NCBI GenBank assembly: GCA_963727625.1
Contig: CAVSHR010000005.1
Coordinates: 608,001-672,000 of the forward strand
Direction of reading: 5' to 3'
From: an uncultured delta proteobacterium
GTDB lineage: Bacteria > Desulfobacterota > Binatia > UBA9968
Length of the DNA: 64,000 nt
Every line of letters begins with the position of its first letter. Position 1 is the stretch's first letter. The position numbers were made by a program, and so were the translations under genes. This document shows positions 39,331-48,337 of the stretch, piece after piece. A model generated the notes under the pieces. It saw only the letters and a list, made by a program, of their open reading frames with translations, had not been told where the DNA came from and did not search any database.

Positions 39331-40614
39331 ATGCTTTCCAAAGAAGACAATGAGTTGCTCACTCAAACAAATCCCGACACGCCCATGGGCAAGCTGATCC
39401 GATGCTACTGGGTTCCCGCGCTGCTGTCGCAGGAAATCCCGGCGGTGGATTGCCCGCCGGCCCGCGTCAAATTGTTGGGCGAAGAGTTGGTCGCCTTCCG
39501 CGACACCGAGGGACGGATCGGTCTTATCGGCGAGCACTGCGCTCACCGCGGCACCTCGCTTTTCTTCGGCCGCAACGAAGAGTGCGGATTGCGCTGCGTG
39601 TATCACGGCTGGAAATTTGACGTCGAAGGCAACATCGTCGACACGCCGGCCGAGCCTGCCGGCAGCGACTTCGGGAAAAAACTGCGCCACACGGCCTATC
39701 CGACCCATGAGGCCAACGGCATTATCTACGCCTATCTGGGGCCGCGCCAGCTCATGCCGCTGTTTCCCAATTATGAATGGACTCAAGTGCCGCTGGAAAA
39801 CAGCTACGTGACCAAGTGCCTGTTGGAGTGCAATTATCTCCAGGGGCTCGAAGGCGAGTGCGATTCATCGCATCTCTCCTTTCTCCATCGCGCCTTCACC
39901 AACGAGCGCAACCAGCCTCTCTACAAGAGCGACACCTCGCCGGTTTATGAGACCGAAGAGACCGACTTCGGCGTGCGCTTGATCGCCACGCGCAACACCG
40001 ATCACCAGCATTACGTGCGTTTCTCGGCCTTCGTCATGCCGGTGTACGGCTGCGTGCCGGCGGGCCGGCCGACCAATGAGATGGAAGGCTTCGAAATCCA
40101 CACCTACGTGCCCGCCGACGACACCCATTGCTGGCGCTACGACATCGGCTTTCGCCGCGACCGCGCCGTGCGCGACGACGAAGTGCACCGGCGCAAACAA
40201 ATCCATCCCGACTTCACCAAGGTGCGCAACGCGCGCAACAACTACCTGCAGGACCGCGCCATGCAGAAGACGGTCAACTTCACCGGCATCGAAGACTTTC
40301 TTAACCACGATGCCGCTGCCACCGAGAGCATGGGAGCGATCTTCGATCGCAGCAAAGAACATCTCGGCGTGAGCGACAAGGCGGTGATCGCCGTGCGCAA
40401 GTTTTTATTGACCACGGTGAAGGAGTTGCAAGAAGGCAAGGAGCCGCCCCACGTAGCGCGCGTGGCCGAGCAGAACTGGTTTCCGCATATCGATTGCTTC
40501 GCCCACCTGTTGCCGCGTGACATGCCCTGGCAGCAACACTTCAACTATCTGACCGCCAAAGCAGAAAGAGAAAACCCGGCGTCTTACCAGGCGCGGCGCA
40601 AAGCTGCGTCGTGA
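39331..40614 (+). CDS. Rieske non-heme iron oxygenase, phthalate 4,5-dioxygenase/LigXa-like
   Basis: ML..E.NELLT, CAHRG..L..GRNEECGLRC.YHGWKFD, EG..DSSHLSFLH, D.A.TESMG.I.DR..EHL..SD. Confidence 0.9.
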   Translation: MLSKEDNELLTQTNPDTPMGKLIRCYWVPALLSQEIPAVDCPPARVKLLGEELVAFRDTEGRIGLIGEHCAHRGTSLFFGRNEECGLRCVYHGWKFDVEGNIVDTPAEPAGSDFGKKLRHTAYPTHEANGIIYAYLGPRQLMPLFPNYEWTQVPLENSYVTKCLLECNYLQGLEGECDSSHLSFLHRAFTNERNQPLYKSDTSPVYETEETDFGVRLIATRNTDHQHYVRFSAFVMPVYGCVPAGRPTNEMEGFEIHTYVPADDTHCWRYDIGFRRDRAVRDDEVHRRKQIHPDFTKVRNARNNYLQDRAMQKTVNFTGIEDFLNHDAAATESMGAIFDRSKEHLGVSDKAVIAVRKFLLTTVKELQEGKEPPHVARVAEQNWFPHIDCFAHLLPRDMPWQQHFNYLTAKAERENPASYQARRKAAS

Positions 40615-40670
40615 CACGAGCGCTTCACCCTTCAAGCGACTGACTCTAAACATCGAGAGGGAATTTTTCC

Positions 40671-41429
40671 ATGAGCAAATCTGACAGAGCCGTCGGCCAG
40701 CAAGACAAAAAATCGAGCAAAACAATCGAGCAAGAGCTCAACATCGCCGCGCAAATTCTCGACTGGGAGATCGGCGATATCTGGGGCCACGTCGGTTGCC
40801 GCCTGCCCGGTGACCGCGGCATCGCCGTGCGCATGTTTCGCCGGGCCGAGCAAAGCAAGAAGGACTGGCTGGTACATTTCGATTACGCGCTGCAAAAACT
40901 CTCGGGCGTCGGCACCATCCCGCGCGAGTCGGTCATCTATACGGAAATTTTCAAGGCCCGGCCCGATGTCAACGCGGCGGTGCACTGCCACGCCGCCATG
41001 TGTGTAGCTCTGAGCCTGGCGGACAAGCCGATCGATTGGGTGCATATGCAATCGTCGCGCTTCAAAGGCGGCACGCCGATCTTTCCTCGGCCGATTTACA
41101 TTTTGGACGAGTCCGAGGGCGCGGCCTTGGCAAAGTGCTTGGGCGACGCCTCCGCCGTCATGATCAAGGGACATGGCATCGTCACGGTGGGCGAGACTAT
41201 CGACGAGGCCTGCATGAACGCTCTCTACATGGAACGCACGGCCAAAATCATGGCCATCGCCCGCTTGCACGGTTACGCAGGACCCACCACGGATGCTATC
41301 GACACCCTGACGGAAAGCCGGAAAAAGCTATTTCGCCGGCCCAGAGACGAAATGTTCCACTCTGCCGAGTGGAACTACTATGCCGACAAGGTCAAGCGCG
41401 GCGAGCATTGGACCCGAGGCTGGAATTAA
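40671..41429 (+). CDS. Class II aldolase/adducin family protein
   Basis: GHV..R, E..IY.EIF.ARPDV.A.VHCH, L.....V...GHG.V.VG. Confidence 0.85.
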   Translation: MSKSDRAVGQQDKKSSKTIEQELNIAAQILDWEIGDIWGHVGCRLPGDRGIAVRMFRRAEQSKKDWLVHFDYALQKLSGVGTIPRESVIYTEIFKARPDVNAAVHCHAAMCVALSLADKPIDWVHMQSSRFKGGTPIFPRPIYILDESEGAALAKCLGDASAVMIKGHGIVTVGETIDEACMNALYMERTAKIMAIARLHGYAGPTTDAIDTLTESRKKLFRRPRDEMFHSAEWNYYADKVKRGEHWTRGWN

Positions 41430-41468
41430 GCAGATCATAGTACATAGAAGTAACCGGAGGAGCCTGCG

Positions 41469-42542
41469 ATGGCGGAATTTGTAATCGACGCCGACGGCCA
41501 TATCATGGAAGACCACAAGGAGATCTTTGGCCGTATCAAGGGCAACTTCGGTGAAATGAACTGGCATTCGACCTGGCCGATGTTCGACGCGGACGGCTGG
41601 CAGCGCGGCCTGTCGCGCAAGGGCAAGCGCGAAGATCCCGACGCCGAAGCCTGGATTCGATTTCAGGATGAAAACGGCATTGACTGCGCCGTCCTCTATC
41701 CGACCTCCGCGCTGGCGATCGGAATGATTCAGCTGCCCGCCTGGGCATCAGCGCTGGCGCAAGGCTACAACGACTGGCTTTACGACCGCTTCACCAGCCA
41801 AACTCCGCGCTTGAAAGGCGTAGCCCTGCTCGCTCCGCAGGACCCCAAAGCTGCCGCCGCCGAGCTGCGCCGTTGTGTCAAAGAACTCGGCTTTTGCGCC
41901 GGTCTGCTACCGTCCGTAACCAACAACCGGCTGCCGCTCTATGGCTCGCCGGTGTTCCACGAGATTTACGACGAAGCCCAGCGACTCGACGTGCCGCTTA
42001 CCATCCACGGCGGCGTCAGCCAAAACTTGGGCCTCGATCGTGTCGCAAGCTTTCTGGAAGCGCACATGCTCGAGCACCCGCTCGGTCTATTTTTGCAAAT
42101 TACCAATATGATGTTTCAGGGCGTGTTTCAGGAGTTTCCCAAGCTGCGCGTGGCCTACCTCGAAGCCGGCGCCGGCTGGGTGCCGTTCATGATGGACCGG
42201 ATGGAGGAAGACTACGAAAAATTCGCCGCCCGCCTGGCGCCGCACTTGAAGAATCCGCCCAGCCATTTTTTCACGAGCGGCAATATCTTCGTCACCATGG
42301 AAGTCGAAGAACGCACCGCCCCTTACATCGCCGACCTGTTCCGCGACGACGTCATCATGTGGGCCTCCGACTTTCCCCACGAGCGCGAGCGGGATCAGTT
42401 CGGCGGCGACCTCCCCCACTTAAAAGCACGTAAGGATCTATCCGACGACTTCAAGCGCAAAATGCTTTACGACAACCCGGTGCGGTTCTACCGCTTCAGC
42501 GAAGGCGATATCGCGGCGGTAAAGAAGACAAAAGGCAGTTAA
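41469..42542 (+). CDS. Amidohydrolase_2 family protein
   Basis: IDADGH, LYPT, YNDWL, IHGG, YLEAGAGWVP, WASDFPH, DNP.RFY. Confidence 0.9.
   Translation: MAEFVIDADGHIMEDHKEIFGRIKGNFGEMNWHSTWPMFDADGWQRGLSRKGKREDPDAEAWIRFQDENGIDCAVLYPTSALAIGMIQLPAWASALAQGYNDWLYDRFTSQTPRLKGVALLAPQDPKAAAAELRRCVKELGFCAGLLPSVTNNRLPLYGSPVFHEIYDEAQRLDVPLTIHGGVSQNLGLDRVASFLEAHMLEHPLGLFLQITNMMFQGVFQEFPKLRVAYLEAGAGWVPFMMDRMEEDYEKFAARLAPHLKNPPSHFFTSGNIFVTMEVEERTAPYIADLFRDDVIMWASDFPHERERDQFGGDLPHLKARKDLSDDFKRKMLYDNPVRFYRFSEGDIAAVKKTKGS
42398..42542 (+). repeat. Direct repeat copy 1: functional 3' end of the amidohydrolase gene
   Basis: GTTCGGCGGCGACCT...TTCAGCGAAGGCGATAT...AAAAGGCAGTTAA recurs at 43495 and 44379. Confidence 0.9.
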
Positions 42543-42715
42543 CTGCGATATTTAACCGGCGGTCTCTGCCCGACGGCGCTGTGTTTTTCGCGACGCCGGT
42601 TTCTTTATCGAAAGGTTTTGGCAACCCCTAAGGCGCTTGCCGCGAGCCAGGGTGCGTCGTCGGCCACATTATAGATCCACGCGAAGGCTGAACCGGAATC
42701 GGCTCAAGCCACCGG

Positions 42716-43054
42716 CTAGATTCCGACAATCTCGTTCAATCCTTCAACGATCTGAGCTATTTCTTCCGGAGATGCCCTTCCAATGAGATTTCCAATTCTT
42801 TCAACCGCAAGCGTTCGAATTTGGCTAATCTTCACCCACGACTTTTTCGGAAGCCCCCTGGCATGAAGTTCAAGGGTTAGAGGAAAGCCTGCGCGTTGAG
42901 GTTGACTCGTGAGAGCAACAGCAATCACGGTTCCAGAACGTTCATTAAAGACGTCCTGACTTAGAATCAAAACCGGACGTTGCCCTGCTTGTTCTCGCCC
43001 TCGTACCGGGTTCAAGTCGGCCCAGCGAATTTCTCCCCTCAGTATTCGGGCCAC
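42716..43054 (-). CDS. mazF: PemK/MazF family toxin
   Basis: RGEI.WADLNPV.G.EQAG.RPVLILS...FN, SQIRTL..ERI. Confidence 0.92.
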   Translation of the reverse strand: MARILRGEIRWADLNPVRGREQAGQRPVLILSQDVFNERSGTVIAVALTSQPQRAGFPLTLELHARGLPKKSWVKISQIRTLAVERIGNLIGRASPEEIAQIVEGLNEIVGI

Positions 43055-43281
43055 TCCGCTAAGTCCTCCGAAAGACCCTCTTCTGCAAGCGCCTTCTCAA
43101 ACGTGGAATCAAGTTTCGCGCACTCTTGGGCTAGGCGACTTTTCTCAAGCCGCGCGAGTTTCTCCGTAACAGCTTCCTCGATGGCCTGGCTACGGTTGGG
43201 AAAGACCTGTTTCTTAACCAGTTGATCGAGACGATCCAGGGTGGATTCATCTAAAGAAATTGCAACTTTGGATCTTGCCAT
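43039..43281 (-). CDS. Ribbon-helix-helix (CopG-type) antitoxin
   Basis: KVAISLD...L..LD.LV....[12 protein letters not shown]; acidic C-terminus WPEY overlapping the toxin start. Confidence 0.9.
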   Translation of the reverse strand: MARSKVAISLDESTLDRLDQLVKKQVFPNRSQAIEEAVTEKLARLEKSRLAQECAKLDSTFEKALAEEGLSEDLAEWPEY

Positions 43282-43293
43282 GACTCACCTCAA

Positions 43294-43328
43294 GGTATGA
43301 CGATACTTCATACCATAATCTGGGTCAA
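43294..43328 (-). promoter_or_regulatory. TA promoter with palindromic operator
   Basis: Minus-strand TTGACC-17-TATCGT overlapped by the GGTATGA-N7-TCATACC inverted repeat (43294-43314). Confidence 0.7.
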
Positions 43329-43344
43329 GCCACTGTGTCTTTGA

Positions 43345-43501
43345 ACCTAACGATTAAGTGAGCTGCCATAAATGGCGACAAACGCCGGTCGCCTTGCGTT
43401 CGAAGACGGGTCTGACGATAAAGTTCAAATCATTCGCAATATCCGCTTAGCTACCTCTACTTGTCAACGTGAAGGTTCGCGCCAAACGCCGCCGGTTCGG
43501 C
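43345..43501 (+). other. Degenerate attC-like element
   Basis: ACCTAAC-GATTAAGTGAGC left end; ...GCCAAACGCCGCCG-GTTCGGC right end; left end echoed at 46087-46107. Confidence 0.4.
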
Positions 43502-43635
43502 AGCGACCTGTCCTGCCTTTACGCAAAGACTTGTCCGGTGACTTCAAAGGAAAATGGCTCTTCGACAACCCTGTGCGGTTTTACCGCTTCAGCGAAGGCG
43601 ATATTACGGCGGCGAAGGGGGCAAAAGGCAGCTGA
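43495..43635 (+). repeat. Direct repeat copy 2: orphan amidohydrolase 3' end
   Basis: Encodes RKDLSGDFKGKWLFDNPVRFYRFSEGDITAAKGAKGS*; small deletion near its 5' end. Confidence 0.9.
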
Positions 43636-43655
43636 AGGCCCTTCGCCACGACGGC

Positions 43656-44027
43656 TTACGACCAGAATCGGCGCAGGTCGAACGATAATTGACGATGGCG
43701 TTTGATGGCTATGAAATAAATTCGAGTTCGCCTGACCAAATAGAGCACAACATAATCGTCGACCACGAATTCACGCAGGTTGTCGCCGGCCCGAAGCCTT
43801 TCGCGAAGACGTTCAATCAGCTTCTCCGCGTCAGCCGAACCGGCATGGTGCCCCAAGAACGAACGGCCAGACAAAGGGAATCGGGATAATTGCGGACAGA
43901 TATCGTCGAATAAACGATCGAGCAAACGTTGAAACGCTATACGCCCCTCGACGGATAGAAACTCTTGAATTTCGTCTAAGTTGGCGGTGAAGTTCTGAGT
44001 GAAAAAGAGCTGCGACTTACCGGCCAT
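43656..44027 (-). CDS. RelE/ParE family toxin
   Basis: FTQNF..NLDEI, L.RFP.SGR, LRE....DY.VLY, IAIK.HRQLSFD; overlaps the upstream Phd gene. Confidence 0.8.
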   Translation of the reverse strand: MAGKSQLFFTQNFTANLDEIQEFLSVEGRIAFQRLLDRLFDDICPQLSRFPLSGRSFLGHHAGSADAEKLIERLRERLRAGDNLREFVVDDYVVLYLVRRTRIYFIAIKRHRQLSFDLRRFWS

Positions 44028-44298
44028 ACCGGGCTTTCAGTTTCGCGGCGCTGACAACCTTTCCGGCCTCCACATCATCCAATCCTCGAACGGCCTCCTC
44101 AAGTAGCCTAATGTGGATATGTTCGCGCTCCAATCGATGGTAGTAGTCCAACCGTTCCGCATCGATCAAGGCCGCGCAACTCTCGCCATTTTTTGTGAGA
44201 ATTTTTTCCCCGTGATCTCGCTGGACCTCAGCGCAGAGCTCGGTCAACTTTGACCGCGCCCGCGTGAGCGAGATGATGTCCTTCGATGAAATTGGCAT
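44017..44298 (-). CDS. Phd/YefM family antitoxin
   Basis: IISLTRARSKLTEL..EV.....KILTKNGE..AALI. Confidence 0.88.
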   Translation of the reverse strand: MPISSKDIISLTRARSKLTELCAEVQRDHGEKILTKNGESCAALIDAERLDYYHRLEREHIHIRLLEEAVRGLDDVEAGKVVSAAKLKARYGR

Positions 44299-44333
44299 CG
44301 GGCTGTCTCCTTTTAGAAAAGCTTAAATAACGT

Positions 44334-44348
44334 ACAGAATTCTGTCAA
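44334..44348 (-). promoter_or_regulatory. Palindromic operator overlapping the -35 of the phd-relE promoter
   Basis: ACAGAATTCTGT perfect palindrome; minus-strand TTGACA at 44343-44348. Confidence 0.6.
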
Positions 44349-44378
44349 CTACCAACTCTGGTGCACCTCGCAATGAAG

Positions 44379-44520
44379 CGGTGGCGACCTCCCCCACCTC
44401 TACGCCCGCAAGGACCTATCCAACGATTTCAAACGGAAAATGCTCTACGACAACCCGGTGCGCTTCTACCGTTTCAGCGAAGGCGATATCGCGGCGGTGA
44501 GGCAGGCAAAAGGCAGCTAA
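44379..44520 (+). repeat. Direct repeat copy 3: orphan amidohydrolase 3' end
   Basis: Open frame GGDLPHLYARKDLSNDFKRKMLYDNPVRFYRFSEGDIAAVRQAKGS*, 41/46 aa identical to the gene end. Confidence 0.92.
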
Positions 44521-44633
44521 CTTCGACATTTGATCCGTTAGTCTTTGACTGACGTTGCCGCGCTTTTCACGGCGCCGTTTTCTTTTCCAAAAAAATCTAG
44601 CAACCACTTAGCGCCACCGAACGGGACAGTATT

Positions 44634-45066
44634 TCACCGACCTTGATCGCATCTACGAACGCGTATGGCTAGTACTACACCCAAGGCGCCTGCGATCGAC
44701 ACCGCCGCAAGGAGAAGCAAAGCGATATCGATGCGACACCCATTACATCGTCCGCCTCGAGGTGCCAAGAGCCGCTGGCTCGCGAGAACACAAAGATAAG
44801 CATCAACGGTAACCCAAGGAGCGCAACACTCAACAGTATGTGGTAGCCGAACGCAAGTATCGGAGACGTAACAGACCTCGACACTCTTCTCCACTGCGCA
44901 AAGACGCTCACCGGCAGAGTGGAAACACACAGCAAACAGGCAAGAAATATGGGCAGCCGCGTGTGACGGTTGTAGAGGAAGAAGTTTGAGCTATACGCAA
45001 AGTGAAGGCCCAAAACCAGACGCCCACCCAGATTATACCGGCGACTGCCAACAGCGTTTTCTTCAT
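44634..45066 (-). pseudogene. Frameshifted small membrane protein of unknown function
   Basis: Hydrophobic segments spread over three frames (MKKTLLAVAGIIW..., LPIFLACLLCV...LLSVALLGLPLMLIF, IDIALLLLAAVSIAGALG). Confidence 0.45.
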
Positions 45067-45157
45067 TAGTCTTTGTAGAGAACTATCCATCTATTACAAC
45101 ATCAAGAAAAGTAGTAGCCGTCACTGCAGCGTCCACTGCAATACGTCGTTAGAAACC

Positions 45158-46060
45158 CTATCTGCGATACTCTTCAAAGAAGCTGTCGTCTAGGTCGTAA
45201 GTTGTGATCGGCCGCAAGCCGAGTTCGAGCGATGCGAATAGATCAACTAGTTTCTCGCCATCTACGAGCTCGATCGGGGGAGCGCCATCCCGTGTTGCTT
45301 CGCGACGCGCTTCTGCAGAAAACGAGCCGGTTGTAACGATGAGACCCTTATCGGCGCGTCCTTGCATCGCGCCACGAAAATCTCGCACATGGCTTGGTGA
45401 GACCGATCCCACAAATCGCTTACACTGAAAGAGGACACGAAAGCTGACGAATGCGTTAAGGGCCAAAACTCCATGGCCATCAATTCCACCGTCACCACTT
45501 TTGCCGGTCACTATGACCTGCTCAAATCCGGCTTCTCGCAGTAGACGCTGACATATCCGTTCGAATCCACCTGGCGGAAGTCCTTTTAGAATTTCAAGTA
45601 ATTTTGAACGATAGTCGCCTTTATCGGAATCCGGTGCCAGCTGCTCAGCATCGCTTTCACTAGGCTTGGCAGCAACTGGAGCTTTAGATTGCGCGCTTGA
45701 TTGCGAAGTGAGAACAGTGCGAGCACTCACATCCCGCGACCCTTGTTGCACACGCTCTACAAGCTCTGAAATTGCACCCGTGCTAAGTTGTCCACACCTT
45801 GCGCCGGCATCCGTCAGCTTCCACACCCCGTGACGCGACCGATCGATGAGTCCTCCCTCTGCGAGATAGAAGCGTGCCCAGTGTACTTGGTTTGGGAAAC
45901 GTTGCCCACCCGCAGGGTTGATTTGATCTAGGATATCGTCTCCGACGTTCTCGTTCCTTGCGACTCGCTCAACGACTTCGCGAGGTCGCGCGGATCCGCC
46001 AAGTTCAGTCAGAGCACGAAGAACTGGATTGATCCGTTTCGAGAATTCTGGGCCAGTCAT
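45158..46060 (-). CDS. mrr: Mrr-family type IV restriction endonuclease
   Basis: N-terminal wHTH (LGGSA...F.NQVHWAR.YL...G.W.LT) + FERIC.RLL, SGDGGIDG, QCKR, VRDFRGAM, IELVDG; lower GC than flanks. Confidence 0.92.
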   Translation of the reverse strand: MTGPEFSKRINPVLRALTELGGSARPREVVERVARNENVGDDILDQINPAGGQRFPNQVHWARFYLAEGGLIDRSRHGVWKLTDAGARCGQLSTGAISELVERVQQGSRDVSARTVLTSQSSAQSKAPVAAKPSESDAEQLAPDSDKGDYRSKLLEILKGLPPGGFERICQRLLREAGFEQVIVTGKSGDGGIDGHGVLALNAFVSFRVLFQCKRFVGSVSPSHVRDFRGAMQGRADKGLIVTTGSFSAEARREATRDGAPPIELVDGEKLVDLFASLELGLRPITTYDLDDSFFEEYRR

Positions 46061-46274
46061 ATCGCGATAGTAAAATTCTTAAGCCGTTCTTATTATTAAG
46101 TGAGCCGTCGTTATCTGTGACACATGCGGGTCAGGCATCCTAGCGTCGGAGTCCAGTTAAGTTCTAATCGTTCGCGATATCCACTGGCCACCTTAAGCCG
46201 TAAACGCAACGATAGTTGGGCGGTGTCGGTTTTGCTAGCGCTCGGTGCCTTATTTCACCAAAGTATAAACGAGC

Positions 46275-47270
46275 TTACCGCCCCATAAGTTTTTTCAGAA
46301 AACCTTCTTCTTCCAGCTTTTTCAAATAGCGGTCGTTAATAAACTTTTTCGCGTCGGCTTTGGCTGCCTTCGGATCGGTTTCCGCTAGGGTATCGACCAC
46401 CGCCTGCATCGCCACTAAAGAAGGATAGGGAATGTCGGGGATGCGCGCCTTATTGTACTCATAAGCCTCTTTAAGCAGCTCCATGTCGTTCACTTTGCTG
46501 AACTGGGAGAGCGCCTTTAAGGTGTATTCCGGCTCGGTTTTGAAAATCTTGATCGCCTCAAGGTAGGCACGCAGAAAATTTAACATCCGCGGCTCATTTT
46601 TCTGCATCATTTGAGCACTGCCGCACATCCCCGTATTGAAGTACGTGATGTTGAGCGCGCCGGCGTCGGCAAGAATATTGAAATTGAATTTCTTCGCCTC
46701 GGCGCCGAAGGGAGCGTTGAAAATCGTCCCGTCGATGCCGCCCGACTTGAGCGCCACCAGCCGCTGGGTTTCATTGCCGATTTGGAGAATCGTTACGTCC
46801 TTGGGATCGATGCCGACTCTCTTGAGCAGGACTTTCGTGCTGAAGTCGGAGGAAGAACCAAAGCGGCTGATGCCCAATCGTTTGCCCTTCAGATCGGCGG
46901 GCTTTTTGATGTCCTGGCGCGTCACCATTTGATAGCCCATTTTGTCATCGGTCATCGCAATATAGACGATATCCGCGCCTTTCAGGTTGGCGATAACGCC
47001 CGGAGGGCCGGTCAACTGAGCCAAGTCGATGTCCCCGGAAACCAGCGCTTGAATCGCTACCGACCCGCCCGGAACATAAACCAGCACCGACGATAGACCG
47101 TACTTGGCATACAGTCCCCGCTTCTCGGCAATCCACGCAAGTAGCGCATGGGGATTCACCGAGCTGTAGGCGATCCGAATCGGCTCGGCAGCCCGTGCGG
47201 AAACCGCGCCAAAAGAAGAAAAAACCAAACTGACGATAAATAAAACGATACTGCCGACAAATCGTGCCAT
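46275..47270 (-). CDS. NMT1/THI5-type substrate-binding protein
   Basis: Signal peptide from ATG 47270; IAEKRGLYAKYGL, DLKGKRLGISRFGSSSD. Confidence 0.88.
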   Translation of the reverse strand: MARFVGSIVLFIVSLVFSSFGAVSARAAEPIRIAYSSVNPHALLAWIAEKRGLYAKYGLSSVLVYVPGGSVAIQALVSGDIDLAQLTGPPGVIANLKGADIVYIAMTDDKMGYQMVTRQDIKKPADLKGKRLGISRFGSSSDFSTKVLLKRVGIDPKDVTILQIGNETQRLVALKSGGIDGTIFNAPFGAEAKKFNFNILADAGALNITYFNTGMCGSAQMMQKNEPRMLNFLRAYLEAIKIFKTEPEYTLKALSQFSKVNDMELLKEAYEYNKARIPDIPYPSLVAMQAVVDTLAETDPKAAKADAKKFINDRYLKKLEEEGFLKKLMGR

Positions 47271-47293
47271 GAATTTACCCCCAAATGTTTTTC

Positions 47294-48337
47294 TCAAAGC
47301 GCAAACAACGCCTTGGCATTCTTGTAGAGAATCTTCTCTTTGGTCTCGTTCGACAGCTGCTTGTGGCCGCGCAGGTCGTGCAAGTTGTGCGGAAACTCGT
47401 TGTCCCAGTGCGGGATGTCCGAGGCATAGAGAAAGTGATCGGCGCCGACGTAGTCGACGGTAGCCGCGAGCTGTGACTCGCCCGGCTCGACGCTGAAATA
47501 CAGCTTCGACTCCCGCACGATCTCGCTGGGCTTTTTCTTGAGCAGCGGCATTTCGATCTCCGCGCGTTTCTCCCAATGCTCGTCCAGCCGGTCGAGATAG
47601 TACGGCAGCCAGGTCGCGCCGATTTCCAAGAAAGCCAGCTTCAACTTTGGAAAGCGAATCGGCAAACCCTGGCAGACGATGCTGGTGAATTGCAATAGAA
47701 TCCCGACGGGAAACGCGTACGAGTGAACTTCGGCGAAGGTGGCCAAACTCGATGTACCGAGCTCGCGCGAGGTGTTGCGTGTGCCATGAATGCCCAGGAC
47801 AATGCCGAGACGCTCGGCTTCCTCGTAGATTGGATCATAGAAGGAATCGCCGAGCGCCAGCGGCAATCCGGTCGGCAGGATCTCGAAGCCTTTCAAGCCC
47901 AACTGCGTCACTGCCCGGCGCATTTCCTCGGCGGCAGCTTTCGGCGAGCGCATCGGCAGGCAGCCGACGCACGAGAGCCGATCCGAGCGCGCGTTGTATT
48001 CCTTGGCGAAGTGGGTGTTGCTGGCGCGGCTGACGGCGATTTGATACGGCACCTCCTGATTCTTGGCGATGTTTCCCGAACCGGTCGGAAAGCAAATCGC
48101 TTTCTCGATATCGTATTCGTCCATGAGCTTGTGCCAGCGGTCGACTTGCTCGGCGGCGCCCAGCCCTTTCCACTCCCGTGCCATCTCGAAGGAGTTCATC
48201 ATGTCGTTGTCCCAGGGCTGATCGCCGGGCCAAAGCGGCGTCGGCCGTTTGATCCAGGGTTCTTCGAGATATTTGCGGATGTCGGCTTGCCGTTCGAGAA
48301 CGTGACCGTCGGTATCGATGACCGGAAAATTCTCCAT
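47294..48337 (-). CDS. Amidohydrolase_2 family protein
   Basis: IDTDGH, FPT, IHG, FLEIGATWLP, YASDIPHWD, NA..LF. Confidence 0.9.
   Translation of the reverse strand: MENFPVIDTDGHVLERQADIRKYLEEPWIKRPTPLWPGDQPWDNDMMNSFEMAREWKGLGAAEQVDRWHKLMDEYDIEKAICFPTGSGNIAKNQEVPYQIAVSRASNTHFAKEYNARSDRLSCVGCLPMRSPKAAAEEMRRAVTQLGLKGFEILPTGLPLALGDSFYDPIYEEAERLGIVLGIHGTRNTSRELGTSSLATFAEVHSYAFPVGILLQFTSIVCQGLPIRFPKLKLAFLEIGATWLPYYLDRLDEHWEKRAEIEMPLLKKKPSEIVRESKLYFSVEPGESQLAATVDYVGADHFLYASDIPHWDNEFPHNLHDLRGHKQLSNETKEKILYKNAKALFAL

Noticed and set aside
38368-39786. Long antisense ORFs (472 aa here; also 58152..59078, 60177..61091, 63008..63976, 26077..26904)
   Set aside because: Shadow frames opposite well-supported genes in GC-rich DNA; no recognisable motifs
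43372-43635. 87-aa ORF ending in the amidohydrolase C-terminus
   Set aside because: Chance read-in to repeat copy 2; the N-terminal part has no coding signal
42398-44520. Direct repeats considered as a CRISPR array or DGR template/variable repeats
   Set aside because: Repeats are ~140 bp of coding sequence with gene-sized spacers; differences are mostly synonymous and not adenine-specific; no cas or reverse transcriptase gene
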